A stretch of 34,715 nt of DNA from Octopus sinensis (GCF_006345805.1 NW_021831908.1:1-34715); one strand, 5' to 3'. Positions 10,666-22,689 are shown, counted from the stretch's first letter. A program made the numbers and translations. The notes: a model not told the origin generated them from the sequence alone.

Positions 10666-12624
10666 CAAGTATCTAAGTACAAAGTAACAGACAGTCAACT
10701 GAGTCCATGTTGCCCAATATCACCAACAACAACAACAACATCTCCAACACTACCAACGCCAAATATGGTAGAAATATCAGAGAAATGGTTAAGATACTTT
10801 ACTTCTGGAATCGATAATATGATTTCCTGCAACAAACACGGTCCGTTTAATCAAAAGTTCCCCTCCATCCAACAAAAATTTCTACGAAGCATCAACCTGG
10901 TCGTACGACTAGAAATAGCGGCTAAATCTCCTCAAATCACGCGCTAATATTTTAAAAGAATGGTGGACATATTTGAAAATGTAATCGCAGTGGTTATACA
11001 AACAAAAATATGCGATGATCACAGTTAAAACACTTTTGATCTGTAGCGTACTTGATCAGAGCTTGACCCAGGGTTAAACACCAACAATAACAACAACAAT
11101 AAAAGTGAATTTGTATCCGAGGAGAGAAATCCCATATATGAGCGTGGCTATGTGTGTATGACTTTGTTTTGTTTTGTTGTTTTTTTTAGTTTTTAGTATT
11201 TTTTAAAAATCTTTCTGAGTGTGTGCATACATAATTTGATTTATGCCTAATTCTAGCCACTCTCACTAATACAAAACAATGTTAACAGAGAATCCTTTGG
11301 AAGACCGTCGCTAAATTCCAAGCAAAAACATTGAATAGAGAGAAAAATGAAAGAAAGAAACTCAAATAGTTCTCCATTTTGTTTTTAAGTATAGTCGGTC
11401 AGCGGAAATAAGATGGCGAAAGTTTGGCCTTTTCAACATTTCAACATGCTGCAATATTTTTTTTTTTGGTTTGTTTTTTATTATTATTATTATTATTTCT
11501 AATATTTTGTTTTGTTTTTGTTTTTTATTTTATTCTTAAGAGATGAAAAATAAATTAGGTTCGATGGGGCGAATATTTTACAAAACAAATAAAAATAAAA
11601 TAATGACCAAGCAAAAACAATAAAAATGATCAACAAAAAATCAAAAAAAAAGAAACCTTCAGAACATTTCGACAAAATTATTTCTTCAATGTATTTTTCT
11701 TTCTTTTTTTCTTTCTTTTTTTTCTTTCTTTTTTTCTTCTCTCCGATATTCTCGCCATCCCCACGCATGGCGGTATTAGCAATGATATTATCTTTATTAT
11801 CCTAGCACGGGAAATTAATCATTTCGTTTGATCGTCTGCTAAAATGAAGACCGTCTGTTTCTATAAATTCCCTTTTGCTCGATATTTTTTTAATATTTTT
11901 TTTTATCGTTATTATTTTTATCATTTACTTTGTTTATTATTTTTTTATGTCATTTTTATTCCATTTTTAAATTTTATTTCTTTATTTGTTTATTGAAAAC
12001 ACAAATTGTCTATATTTATAGACTAACTCTCACTCGAAATAATCTTTTTATATTTAAGAGGAAGAGTTGATAGAAATATATAAGATGTAATGTAAAAGGG
12101 AAAGGAAAGAAAGGAAGAGAAGAAAATTGCTTTCGGCCAATAATGTCAGATTTTCTTTATTAATTATGACTATTGTGCTTAACGATCTGAATTTATTAAT
12201 AACCCTTACATTATTGCTCCCGTTTAGCACTCGATAACTACGTACATATATTCATTCCAACCCAGAGCAATTAGCGAGCATTTTGGCGGGAATCGCTTCT
12301 AAATGGCAGACGAATTACAGAAGAATATAGTTACCAGCTGCAAACGTATTTATTGTATTCAAATGAACGTTAATTTCATTTTAAAACTAGCTTCCGGTCT
12401 CCAATGATAGACGTCTTCAGCCAACCTCGAAACAAATGCACGAAAATTTCGCCTGCAGCACTATATAAACCAGAAGATATGTTTAACATAAAAATAGAAG
12501 GAGGAGAAATCCCTTAAACATGTTTGCAAACATGGAATGCAAACCTGACTCAGCAGACATTTATTCGAGGTAAATATAGACCTGTATCACCTACTTCGCT
12601 AGTAAAATGGGATCTTTACCTTTC

Positions 12625-12845
12625 AACATACAGATTCAAAAAATGATTTTTTGTAACTAAACACTTTCACATTTCGGACACTGGTAGAATGTGTCGTATA
12701 AAACATGTTTTGCTCTTAGCATTTTTGAAAAAAATTTATATTTTCGAAGTAATTTCACGTTAAAGTAGGCCTATTTCGGTAATTTCAACCAATCAATGAC
12801 GTGTATTCAGCTGAATAAAATTACTGCCGTTGTTTGTCAACAAGA
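12625..12845 (+). mobile_element. Degenerate internal fragment related to the 24732-25150 MITE
   Basis: Shared GTAACTAA...ACTGGTAGAATGTGT...TAAAACAT...AATTTCAACCAA blocks. Confidence 0.55.
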
Positions 12846-13404
12846 ACTTCCAGCAGTGTATATATATATTTTACTTATGAAGTAGGAATATATATATACA
12901 TATATATATATTACTTTTGAAGTAGGAATATATATTGATAAACCCGTCACTTGTAACTTACTTATAGGTGTTATCATTATACATAAATCCTGACTCCAGC
13001 TACATAAACGCCATAGCGAGAAATGTATTCTCTGAAACGCTGACATTTTATACGTGCATGTATGTTGAAGATAAATAAATTCGTGTTCTTTTAACCGCTA
13101 TAAAAAAATACAGTTTCATAATTACAGAAATAAATTTCATTAACAAGTTGAAGAACGTGAAGAAAGAGAAAATAATTACTACATTAGTTCATTTATGTAC
13201 ATTTAGCATTTATAGTACAATCGGAAAGTAAAGTCAATTTTGTCGTAGATAATTACGACTTAAAATTCACGCTAGCTAATTCTTCATACTAACTATTATA
13301 ATTCACAACAATTCAAATAAGTCTTGTTGGATTTTTATCATAGACATGGCATAAAAAATGGCCAATATCTCAAAAGAGTGAATGTCGTGGAGTGCTGGTA
13401 TATT

Positions 13405-13495
13405 ATATATGTATGTATGTGTATATATATTATAGATAGATAGATACATACATACATACATACATACATACATACATACATACATACATACATAA

Positions 13496-13562
<67 letters not shown>
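13405..13562. repeat. (TACA)n/(TAGA)n microsatellite
   Basis: Directly visible. Confidence 0.95.
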
Positions 13563-13946
13563 TCTCTCTATATATAAACGGCAGTTTGTCTGTGCGTGTT
13601 TCTGTGTGTCTGTTTGCTTGTACCCTCACCCTGACCACGGCTTTCAACCGATTCTGATGAAACTTGACACACACATAGCCCAATGTCATAATTCAAAACT
13701 AACGCAGCGAAAATTTTGAAAAGTTCCCCCCAGTTCTGAAAAAAATCGATAAATTCGACATGGGGTCGAGAATCTGAAACACAAACCGCAAACTGTCTAG
13801 GGGACGCAACTCCACCTTTTTTAACTAAAAAAAAAATTTACCATAATTTTTTTCCATTTTTTTGCTAATTTTTGGCTATAACTCTCTAAAAATGCTTTAT
13901 ATTTATTTCCCTTACAAACCTGAGCAACGCCGGGCGATACTGCTAG
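13563..13946 (+). mobile_element. Non-autonomous Helitron-type element
   Basis: A|TCTCTCTATATATAAA 5' end, subterminal imperfect hairpin CCTGAGCAACGCCGGG, CTAG|T 3' end, A-T insertion site, no TSD. Confidence 0.8.
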
Positions 13947-13964
13947 TACATGATATATTCTTTT

Positions 13965-14170
13965 CTACTCTAGGCACAAGGCCCGAAATTTGGGGGATTG
14001 GGCCAGTCAATTAGATCGACCTCAGTACACAACTGGTACTTAATTTATAGACTCTGAAAGGATGAAAGGCAAAGTTATCCTCGGTGGAATTTAAACTCAG
14101 AATGTAAAGACAGATGAAATACCACTAGGCATTTCTCTTGGCATGCTAACATTTCTGACAACGTGCCGCC
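13965..14170 (-). mobile_element. Old SINE-A variant
   Basis: GGCACAAGGCCCGAAATTT...GATCGACCTCAGT...GAAAGGATGAAAGGCAAAG...AAATACCACTAGGCATT. Confidence 0.75.
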
Positions 14171-14191
14171 ATACACATATGATATATTATA

Positions 14192-14295
14192 TGTGGCACC
14201 TTGGGCAAGTATCTTCTACTATAGACTCGGGCCCACCAAAGCCTTGTGAGTGGATTTGGTAGACGGAAACTGAAAGAAGCCCGTCGTATATATAT
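14192..14295 (+). mobile_element. SINE-B central fragment
   Basis: GTGGCACCTTGGGCAAGT...GACGGAAACTGAAAGAAGCCCGTCG. Confidence 0.8.
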
Positions 14296-15143
14296 ATTTT
14301 TCAAAGCTATATAGAAAACTCTGGTCCTATATAGCCTACATAGGCACTCTTTGGCCTATATAATCTACATAGGCATCCCTGGGCCTATATATCGTACTGC
14401 GCCTATATAGTATTTTTGGTGAAAATTTTGAAAATCTTTTCGGAGAATTTTTATGAAAACTTTGAAAAACTTTATAGCCTATATAGGCACCACTAAGCCT
14501 ATAGACAGCCCCTGGCGTATATAGGCATCCCTGGAACTATATAGGAACTCCTGCGCCTATATAGATTTTGGTGAGAATTTTGAACAAATTTTTCAAAGGA
14601 TTTTTATGAAAATTTTGAAAAAGATTTTTAAGGGTTTTGATGAAAATCTTTCAAAACTATATAGAAACCCTTTCTCCTATATAGCCTCTATATGCACCCA
14701 TGGGCCTATATAGCATCTCCTGCACCTATATAGAATTTTGTTGAAAATTTTGAAAACCATTTCAAAGAATTTTTATGAAAGTTTTAAAAAGCATTTCAAA
14801 ATCCTTTGAAATGTTTTTCAAAATTTTAATCAAATACCTTTAAAAATTTTTTCAAAAGGTGCACCAGAATCTATATAGGCGCAGGTATTGCTATATAGGC
14901 CCAATTGTGCCTATATAGGCCATATAGTATTTCAAAATTTTCATCAAAATCTTTTGAAAAGTTTTTCAAGATATTCACCAAAATCCTATATAGGCACAGG
15001 AGTTGCTATATAGGCCCAAGGGGGCCCATATAGGCTGTAGAGGTGCAGGGGTGCCTGAGTAGGCTATATAGGTCCAGGAATGCCTATATAGTCTATAAAT
15101 CCTTTGAAAAGTTTTTCAAACTGTTCATCAAAATCCTTTGAAA
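14296..15143. mobile_element. Foldback-like modular inverted-repeat element
   Basis: Alternating CCTATATAG-rich and GAAAATTTTGAAAA-rich modules left of 14802, mirrored on the right; centre CATTTCAAA-atcc-TTTGAAATG. Confidence 0.7.
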
Positions 15144-15286
15144 ATTTCGCCAGAGGAGCAGTCCCAATCCATAACACTTCATTACCAGTCGCATATTTCG
15201 CCAGAGGGGCAGCACTTCCATAACACTACATTACTGGTCGCAGATTTCGCCAAAGGGGCAGCCCCAATCAATAACACTACATTAAT

Positions 15287-15290
<4 letters not shown>
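15144..15290. repeat. Three tandem ~50-bp units (ATTTCGCCAGAGG...ATAACACTACATTA)
   Basis: Units of 51 bp, 49 bp and a partial third, directly alignable. Confidence 0.8.
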
Positions 15291-15353
<63 letters not shown>

Positions 15354-16424
15354 GTGGCCACTCCCGTCGGTTTCGACATATGAGTCTTTAAAGGAGAGGA
15401 TTTAAAAGAAAAAGTGAGACAAAGAAAAAGCAACTGTAAAAATTTAAAAAAAAACTAAAAGAAAATGCATCTATTTGTGATGGATGCGTGAATGAAATTT
15501 GAATCCAAGTATGGATCTTGCTATGAAGTTATAAAAGGGATTGTGATGATTTTGATTCTGTCTGGGATTGGACAAATGTGTCTGTTGGTTGCAGGTTTAT
15601 GATACTTTTATCGTTCTGTTTCTTCAACTCAAATTGTTTCGATCAATCATGACCCTCTTGATGCCATGCAGATCGATCGATCGATCGAGGCATGACTTTC
15701 CCAAGATGTCAAGTTAAGCTGTAGAGACTTTAGTGTTTTGCTTCGTTTTTTTGTATCTGGTTTGCATGATTCTTTCTGTGAATTCGTGTGTTGAAACACA
15801 GAAAGAAACAGATAATCCACGCACACACACACACACATAGCCGTTAAAGAATTTGGACCTGGAGATCTCCATTTCCAGCGACTTCGAGGGCCACCTCCCA
15901 GTGGTGTCAGGCGTCAACGAAGAGCCCTCAGCTACAACAAGACGACCAAAGTTTTTTTTTCCAAGGTCTGGGGTCTCCTGCTCCTAAGCCCTAGACCATC
16001 ACCTAATCACCCTTACCCGTCTTGTTGCTTAACAACAACAACAACAACAACACATACATATGCTCTCCACACTCACGCATACACACAAAGACATATATAT
16101 CCACACATGCATACACAACAGGCACACGTGCATACACAGACTCGGACACATAGTCACACACAAGCACACACGCACGAAGAAACAGAAGTACACACCCAAA
16201 CACACACACATACATACATACACAAAAACACAAGCGCGCACACACGCAGGCACACATACATACATACATACATACATACATACATACACACACAGGCAAG
16301 CCCATCACCCAACAAGGTCTCAGTCAGACAAACATGGCTTCCGTAACGGACTAAAAAGAAAGTCATTGAAAAGGTTGCAAGCAGCAACGAAAGAGCTTTG
16401 GCAAACAAAAACAAAACAAATAAC

Positions 16425-16845
16425 TTGAGTGGCTATGTGGTAAGTAGCTTGCTTACCAACCACATGGTTCCAGGTTCAGTCCCACTGCGTGGCACCTTGG
16501 GCAAGTGTTTTCTACTATAGCCTCGGGGCCGACCAAAGCCTTGTGAGTTGATTTGGTAGACGGAAACTGAAAGAAGCCCGTCGTGTATATGTATATATAT
16601 GCACATATGTGCGTGTATGTTTGTGTGTCTGTGTTTCTCCCCCTAGCATTGCTTGACAACCGATGCTGGTGTGTTTATGTCCCCGTCACTTAGCGGTTCG
16701 GCAAAAAGAGACCGATAGAATAAGTACTGGGCTTACAAAGAATAAGTCCCGTGGTCGATTTGCTCGACTAGAGGCGGTGCTCCAGCATGGCCGCAGTCAA
16801 ATGACTGAAACAAGTAAAAGAGTAAAAGAGAGTAAGAGTATTGTT
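16425..16845 (+). mobile_element. tRNA-derived SINE, family B (CORE-like centre, internal TA/TG microsatellite, LINE-like tail)
   Basis: A box TGGCTATGTGG, B box GGTTCAGTCCC, GGCACCTTGGGCAAGT CORE-like block, tail CCAGCATGGCCGCAGTCAAATGACTGAAACAAGTAAAAGAG. Confidence 0.9.
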
Positions 16846-16964
16846 TAAACCAAATCAAAGATGCAATCAGTTAGTTGGATATTTAACCACTTGACTAATA
16901 ATAACAAGTGGAATCGAACCACTTCAGGTGTTAACAATATTGGCATGACTCTTAATAAGCGCAA

Positions 16965-17290
16965 CAAACCTTAGTGATTGCTTCAACTCGTACCTGTATC
17001 TAAGGACGGGTCACCCCTTACCGCGATGTCTCTCTACTTGTAGGCCTTACAAACGAATTTTCGGAATGCGATCATCTTTCATTCGAACTTGTCCTACTCA
17101 TTTGCACTGAATTCTCAGCAGCATACGTTTGATACTGGAGATATCACATCTCTTTTTTAAGGTTTTGACATTTGACATCTTATCTTGCCAAAACATTTAT
17201 GTATTGAGCATTTTGCAGCACAACAAAAATTACAGATATATATTTCGGTATCTGGACACAATGATTCCGCTGCTCTTCGTATAATTTGAT
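16965..17290 (-). mobile_element. RTE-clade LINE C-terminal fragment (degraded)
   Basis: Minus frames give SIKRMLLRIQCK*VGQVRMKDDRIPK...RHRGKG*PVLRY, like the RTE motif WAGHVxRMxDxRIPK...GRPxLRYKD. Confidence 0.6.
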
Positions 17291-17539
17291 GCTCAGCTGC
17301 ATATACTCACGCAACCAGACACACACACATACACACATACATATACACGCACACACTTATACACACACACACACAAAACAAAATGTACGTAAATGTGAAT
17401 GCCTATGTCTCTTGTATCATATAATGCTGTTAAAGCATTTTATACATATTTCCTTGTGATCAAATATGGATTAAGACAAAAAATCCCTTGAAATAGGAAC
17501 GATTGTTGTTCATGACAACATACGCTGATCAATCACAAT

Positions 17540-17556
17540 AATTATTATTATTATTA

Positions 17557-17593
<37 letters not shown>

Positions 17594-17613
17594 TATCATT
17601 ATTATCATCATCA

Positions 17614-17661
<48 letters not shown>

Positions 17662-17707
17662 TATCATTATTATTATTATTATTATTATTATCATTATTAT
17701 ATTATTA

Positions 17708-17765
<58 letters not shown>

Positions 17766-17770
17766 CATTA

Positions 17771-17805
<35 letters not shown>

Positions 17806-17876
17806 TATTATTATTATTATTATCATTATTATTATTATCATTATTATCATCATCATCATTATTATTATTATTATTA

Positions 17877-17915
<39 letters not shown>

Positions 17916-18061
17916 CATTATTATATTATTATTATTATTATTATTATATTATTATTATTATTATTATTATATCATTATTATTATTATCATTATTATCATC
18001 ATCATCATCATTATTATTATTATATTATTATTATATTATTATTATTATTATTATATTATTA

Positions 18062-18112
<51 letters not shown>

Positions 18113-18147
18113 CATTATTATTATTATCATTATTATCATCATCATCA

Positions 18148-18201
<54 letters not shown>

Positions 18202-18355
18202 TATTATTATTATTATCATTATTATCATCATCATCATATTATTATTATTATTATTATATTATTATTTTATTATTATTATTATTATTATTTTATTATTATT
18301 ATTATTATTATTATTATATTATTATCATTATTATTATTATTATTATTATTATAGT
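17540..18355. repeat. ~800-bp (TAT)n/(CAT)n tract
   Basis: Directly visible, with recurring interruption patterns. Confidence 0.95.
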
Positions 18356-18364
18356 AACGACGAG

Positions 18365-18615
18365 GATAATGATGATGATGATGGTGGTGGTAGTGGTCCT
18401 TGTTGTTGTTGTTGTTGTGGTAGTGGCGGTGGTGGTGATGATGATGGTGATGGTGATGGTAATGGTGGTAGTATTAGTGGTGATGGTGGTGATGGTGATG
18501 GTGATGGTGATGGTGGTAGTAGTAGTGGTGGTGGTGGTGGTGGTGGTGGTGGTGGTGGTGATGGTGATGGTGATGGTGATGGTGGTAGTAGTAATGGTGG
18601 TGGTGGTGGTGGTAA
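18365..18615. repeat. (GGT/GAT/GTT)n tract
   Basis: Directly visible. Confidence 0.95.
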
Positions 18616-19004
18616 TCACATCATGTATCCTATATTTTGGCCGAGTTTGCTTCGATCGTTCTTTCCAGACCAGTCCTCTTTGCTTTCTGCCATAAGCGTT
18701 TCTTTCATTCTCATATTTTTACAAAAGAAAAAACAAAAAAAAAAGAAAATCTGCACTTTTCAAATTTTTTTTATTTTTTTTCCTTTCTTTCTCGTTCTTT
18801 TGTTTCTCATCCGTTTTTTTATTCTTTCTTCTCTTTTTTTGCTTTTGTGGCTATCGGATGATGCTTAGGAATTGGTGCTAATCCAGTTGCAGAATTGTTT
18901 CTGCACATTGATGTGAGACCGAGGCAGAGTCAGATATAAAGACAGGTATACAAAATAAGAAATGCTTTCGAATTGAATGAAACAGACGACACATTTTGTT
19001 TATT

Positions 19005-19116
19005 TTTATTATTGTTGTTTTTGGTATTATTATTATTATTATTATTACAATTATTATTATTATTATTATCATCATCATCATCATCATCATCATTATTATT
19101 ATTATTATTATTATTA

Positions 19117-19173
<57 letters not shown>
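19005..19173. repeat. (TAT)n tract at the 3' end of LINE fragment 3
   Basis: Directly visible. Confidence 0.95.
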
Positions 19174-19175
<2 letters not shown>

Positions 19176-19440
19176 TAGTTTTATTTTTTATAGCGTGCTT
19201 TCACTTCACTACCGAGCGCAGCTCTGTGTGCCTTGGGTATGTGCTGTGATTTGTTGTGATGCTCTGATGGTTATTGTATGGAAAGTGTTCTGCGTAGGAT
19301 GTGTGCAGTGCCTAGTAGTGCAATTTTCTGTATGTTATATGTTTGTAAGTCCTGGTGTTTTTGTTATGTATTTGCCTGAATATTTTTTTATCGTGCCTAA
19401 TGCACCTACTATGATAGGAATTGTTTCTGTTTTTAGATTC
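19174..19440 (-). mobile_element. Third, very short R4/Dong-clade LINE 3' end
   Basis: Minus translation LKTETIPIIVGALGTIKKYSGKYITKTPGLTNIYNIQKIALLGTAHILRRTLSIQ*, then 3' UTR and (TAA)n. Confidence 0.85.
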
Positions 19441-19446
<6 letters not shown>

Positions 19447-19493
<47 letters not shown>

Positions 19494-19588
19494 TATTATT
19501 ATTATTATTATTATCATCATCATCATTATTATTATTATTATCATTATTATTATTATTATTATTATTGTTGTTGTTATTATTATTATTA

Positions 19589-19634
<46 letters not shown>

Positions 19635-19660
19635 TATTATTATTATTATTATATTATTAT
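19447..19660. repeat. (TAT)n tract
   Basis: Directly visible. Confidence 0.95.
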
Positions 19661-19677
19661 TTCGTTTAATCTTTCAG

Positions 19678-19848
19678 TTAAATCACAAATCTCTAGGACA
19701 ACTAAATATAACCAGAAGAAAAGAAGATCATTTGGAGATTTGGAGACAGTTTTGCGATAAGTTAAATCTACCATGTTCCAAAGATGTACCAAAATATCCA
19801 CATGGTGTTCTTTACAGGAGGGATAAAGGGAATGGCATTATGATTTAG
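19678..19848 (+). CDS. Candidate terminal coding exon of an unidentified host gene
   Basis: Acceptor ttcgtttaatctttcag| then a phase-0 open frame LNHKSLGQLNITRRKEDHLEIWRQFCDKLNLPCSKDVPKYPHGVLYRRDKGNGIMI*; non-repetitive; not recognised as a TE. Confidence 0.35.
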   Translation, partial: LNHKSLGQLNITRRKEDHLEIWRQFCDKLNLPCSKDVPKYPHGVLYRRDKGNGIMI

Positions 19849-20097
19849 TTTTGCTTGTTATTTCAGAAGTCTTTTAATTTTTTTTTATACTATTGTTATC
19901 AGTCATCTATGAAAACGTCTTTCTTCAGTGTTGCATGAGACCGTAAATGGTATTTCGAGGCTGTCGCAGTGTAATTTGCGTGCATCGCTATCAGATACTA
20001 GCATATCATAATCTGTTCAAAGGTTTTCTTTTCTTCAGTAGAAAGCTGTAGAATTCACTGTATGATTCATAACAACAGGGATGTCATAATGTCATTA

Positions 20098-20430
20098 AAG
20101 GCGGCAAGCTGGCAGAAACGTTAGCACGCCGGGCGAAATGCTTAGCTGTATTTCATCTGCCGTTACGTTCTGAGTTCAAATTCCACCGAGGTCGACTTTT
20201 GCCTTTCATCCTTTCGGGGTCGATTAAATAAGTACCAGTTACGCACTGGAGTCGATATAATCGACTTAATCCGTTTGTCTGTCCTTGTTTGTCTTCTCTG
20301 TGTTTGGCCCCTTGAGGGTAGTAAAGAAATAGGTATTTCGTCTGCCGTTACGTTCTGAGTTCAAATTCCGCCGAGGTCGACTTTGCCTTTCATCCTTTCG
20401 GGGTCGATTAAATAAGTACCGGTTACGCAC
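20098..20430 (+). mobile_element. SINE-A: head plus full body plus partial second body
   Basis: Junction GTAAAGAAATA|GGTATTTCGTCTGCCG at about 20330; second unit stops at 20430. Confidence 0.9.
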
Positions 20431-20904
20431 TTAGAATCTTAGAATCCTTATGTGAAGTGGAAACTTTGAGAATACTTATTGATGCGTGTCAATTACTCAT
20501 GGTTGAAATTTCATCAACATCGAAAATTTATGAATGTTCTTGAGGATTGTGCCCCCTTTAAGCCATCTGAAATTCAAACCAAATATATTGCATTATACCC
20601 GCCCTTATGCATTGAATCTAAGTTTCAAATATCATAAGGATCCATTCAGTAATTTTGGTCCATGACGTATGAAACACACAGCATTACCCTTCCCCTTAGG
20701 CTTGGATTTTGTGTTCCAAATTTCATTATGATCGGTGCAGCAATTTTTGAATGTATAAGTAATACACGAACACATAAAGACATTGTCTTTGATATAATAA
20801 ATATGAATGTACACATATACATACATGTATATATATATACATATGCGTGTGTGTGTGTGCGTGCGTGTGTGTGTGTGTGTTGTGTGTGTGTGTGTGCGTG
20901 TGTG

Positions 20905-20965
<61 letters not shown>

Positions 20966-20978
<13 letters not shown>

Positions 20979-21232
20979 GATAAATTGATAGATACAACTG
21001 AGTGGGCAAACAAAAATATGAGACACAGCGTAGTGCTTTTTTATGTTGATAAGCCTGGTACTTATTCTATTAGTTTCTTTTTTTCTGAAACCAGTAAGTT
21101 ATGGGATGTAAATAAACGAAGAGCAGTTGTGAAGCAGTGATGAGGGTGAAACACATAAACAAAGTCACACACATACACTTACATATATACATACATATAT
21201 ATACGATTGATTTCTTTAAGTTTCTGTCTACG

Positions 21233-21235
<3 letters not shown>
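20966..21235 (-). mobile_element. Old SINE-B 3' half, paralogous to 21545-21800
   Basis: AAGCCTGGTACTTATTCT...GAAACCAGTAAGTTATGGGATGTAAATAAAC is a degenerate reverse complement of SINE-B. Confidence 0.65.
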
Positions 21236-21294
<59 letters not shown>

Positions 21295-21300
<6 letters not shown>

Positions 21301-21503
21301 TTAATCCAAACAAGAAAGCACAAAAAACACAATAACGCGAGGACGTGGAACAAATATAATATTATTGGACGCTCAGGAAAGAAGGAAAGAAGGAGGATTT
21401 AACGTTTCGAGCGGAGCTTTTCGTCGGAAACATAGGAGAAGTAAAGATCCAGAGAAGGGAACACAGAGGGAAAAAAATCGCCAACGGTACACACGAGGTC
21501 ACA
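21295..21503 (-). mobile_element. Penelope-like terminal-repeat fragment with a degenerate minimal hammerhead motif (21396-21432)
   Basis: Minus strand TGTTT-CCGACGA-AAAGC-TCC-GCTC-GAAA-CGT-T-AAATC, within pyrimidine-rich sequence. Confidence 0.5.
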
Positions 21504-21504
21504 T

Positions 21505-21578
21505 TTTGCCCATACAATTTATCTTTGTGTGTGTGTGTGTGTGTACACACACACACAAAGATAAATTGTATGGGCAAA
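21505..21578. repeat. Perfect inverted repeat, 34-bp arms and 6-nt loop
   Basis: TTTGCCCATACAATTTATCTTT(GT)9(AC)6AAAGATAAATTGTATGGGCAAA. Confidence 0.95.
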
Positions 21579-21932
21579 CAAAAATATGAGATACTGCCTA
21601 GTGGGGTTTTTTTTATTTTGATAAGCCTGGTATTTATTCTACCAGTTTCTTCTTGTGAAACCAGTAAGTTATGAGGATGTAAATAAACGAACACCAGCTG
21701 TGAGGCAGTGATTTGGGAGAAACACTAAGACACACACAGAGACTTACATATATACATACATATATATACGATTGATTTCTTTCAGCTTCTGTATACAAAA
21801 TCCACTGACAAGGCTTTGGTTGGTCTGAGGCTATAGCAGAAGACACATGCGAAGTCACCACACAGTGGGACTGAACTGAGGACCATGTGTTTTGGAACGA
21901 AGTTTGTTACCACACAGCCACACCTGCACCTG
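21579..21932 (-). mobile_element. Old full-length SINE-B
   Basis: Contains AAGGCTTTGGTTGGTC...AGAAGACAC...GGGACTGAAC...CACACAGCCACACCTGCACC (reverse of the head). Confidence 0.75.
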
Positions 21933-21996
21933 TGTGTGTATGTCTGTATGGATGTATATATGCATGCATGTATATATGTGAATATATATGTGTACA

Positions 21997-22038
<42 letters not shown>

Positions 22039-22469
22039 TATTCATATACATGTATACACATACATCTATATGTATAGAAATTTATGTATACATATACAGC
22101 TATGCATACACAGCTCTACACACATGCACACTCACACACATACATAGGTGCAGGTGTGGCTGTGTGGCAACAAACTTCGTTCCAAAACACATGGTTCTGG
22201 GTTTAAATTTAAATTTGAAATAATAAGGGTGAGATATTGAATATTAATTTGATTGATATGAATTGAAAACCAGTGGTGTAGCATACAAGACCATAGCGGA
22301 TCTTCTTCTAGCAAAATGGATGTCCACTGTTAATGGTTCATCCCTCTTATATAATAGTTTGACTTTAATAGTTTCAGTATTAAAGTGAAAGTATCTGACA
22401 TTACAATAGGGAGATGTTTTCGTTTCACTTTTAACACGTAATACTGAAATAGTGGAGAAGATATGATAT

Positions 22470-22615
22470 TGTTGTAGGCTCGTCCTAGGCAAGAAGTTAG
22501 AAGGGTTTTTTTGCCCATGGCTCTACATGGACCCTAAGTAAGGCATGTGTAAAATTTGAATGAAAGTGGTTGTGTAGTTCTCAAGTTTTAGGGATTCACA
22601 CAGACAGACAGATTT
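22470..22615 (-). mobile_element. Possible Helitron/HINE-type 5' fragment
   Basis: Reverse complement GTCTGTCTGTGTGAATCCCTAAAACTTGAGAACTACACAACC...TTCAAATTTTACAC resembles the start of 13563-13946-type elements. Confidence 0.4.
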
Positions 22616-22689
22616 TACCACACTTGTAGCATTTTAGATTTTTAAACGTACAGTTATTTTTAAAATGTAGTCCACCGCTCCCATAACAT

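Noticed and set aside
12455-12475. TATA-box promoter (CTATATAAACC)
   Set aside because: Such motifs are expected by chance in AT-rich DNA, and no downstream gene structure was found.
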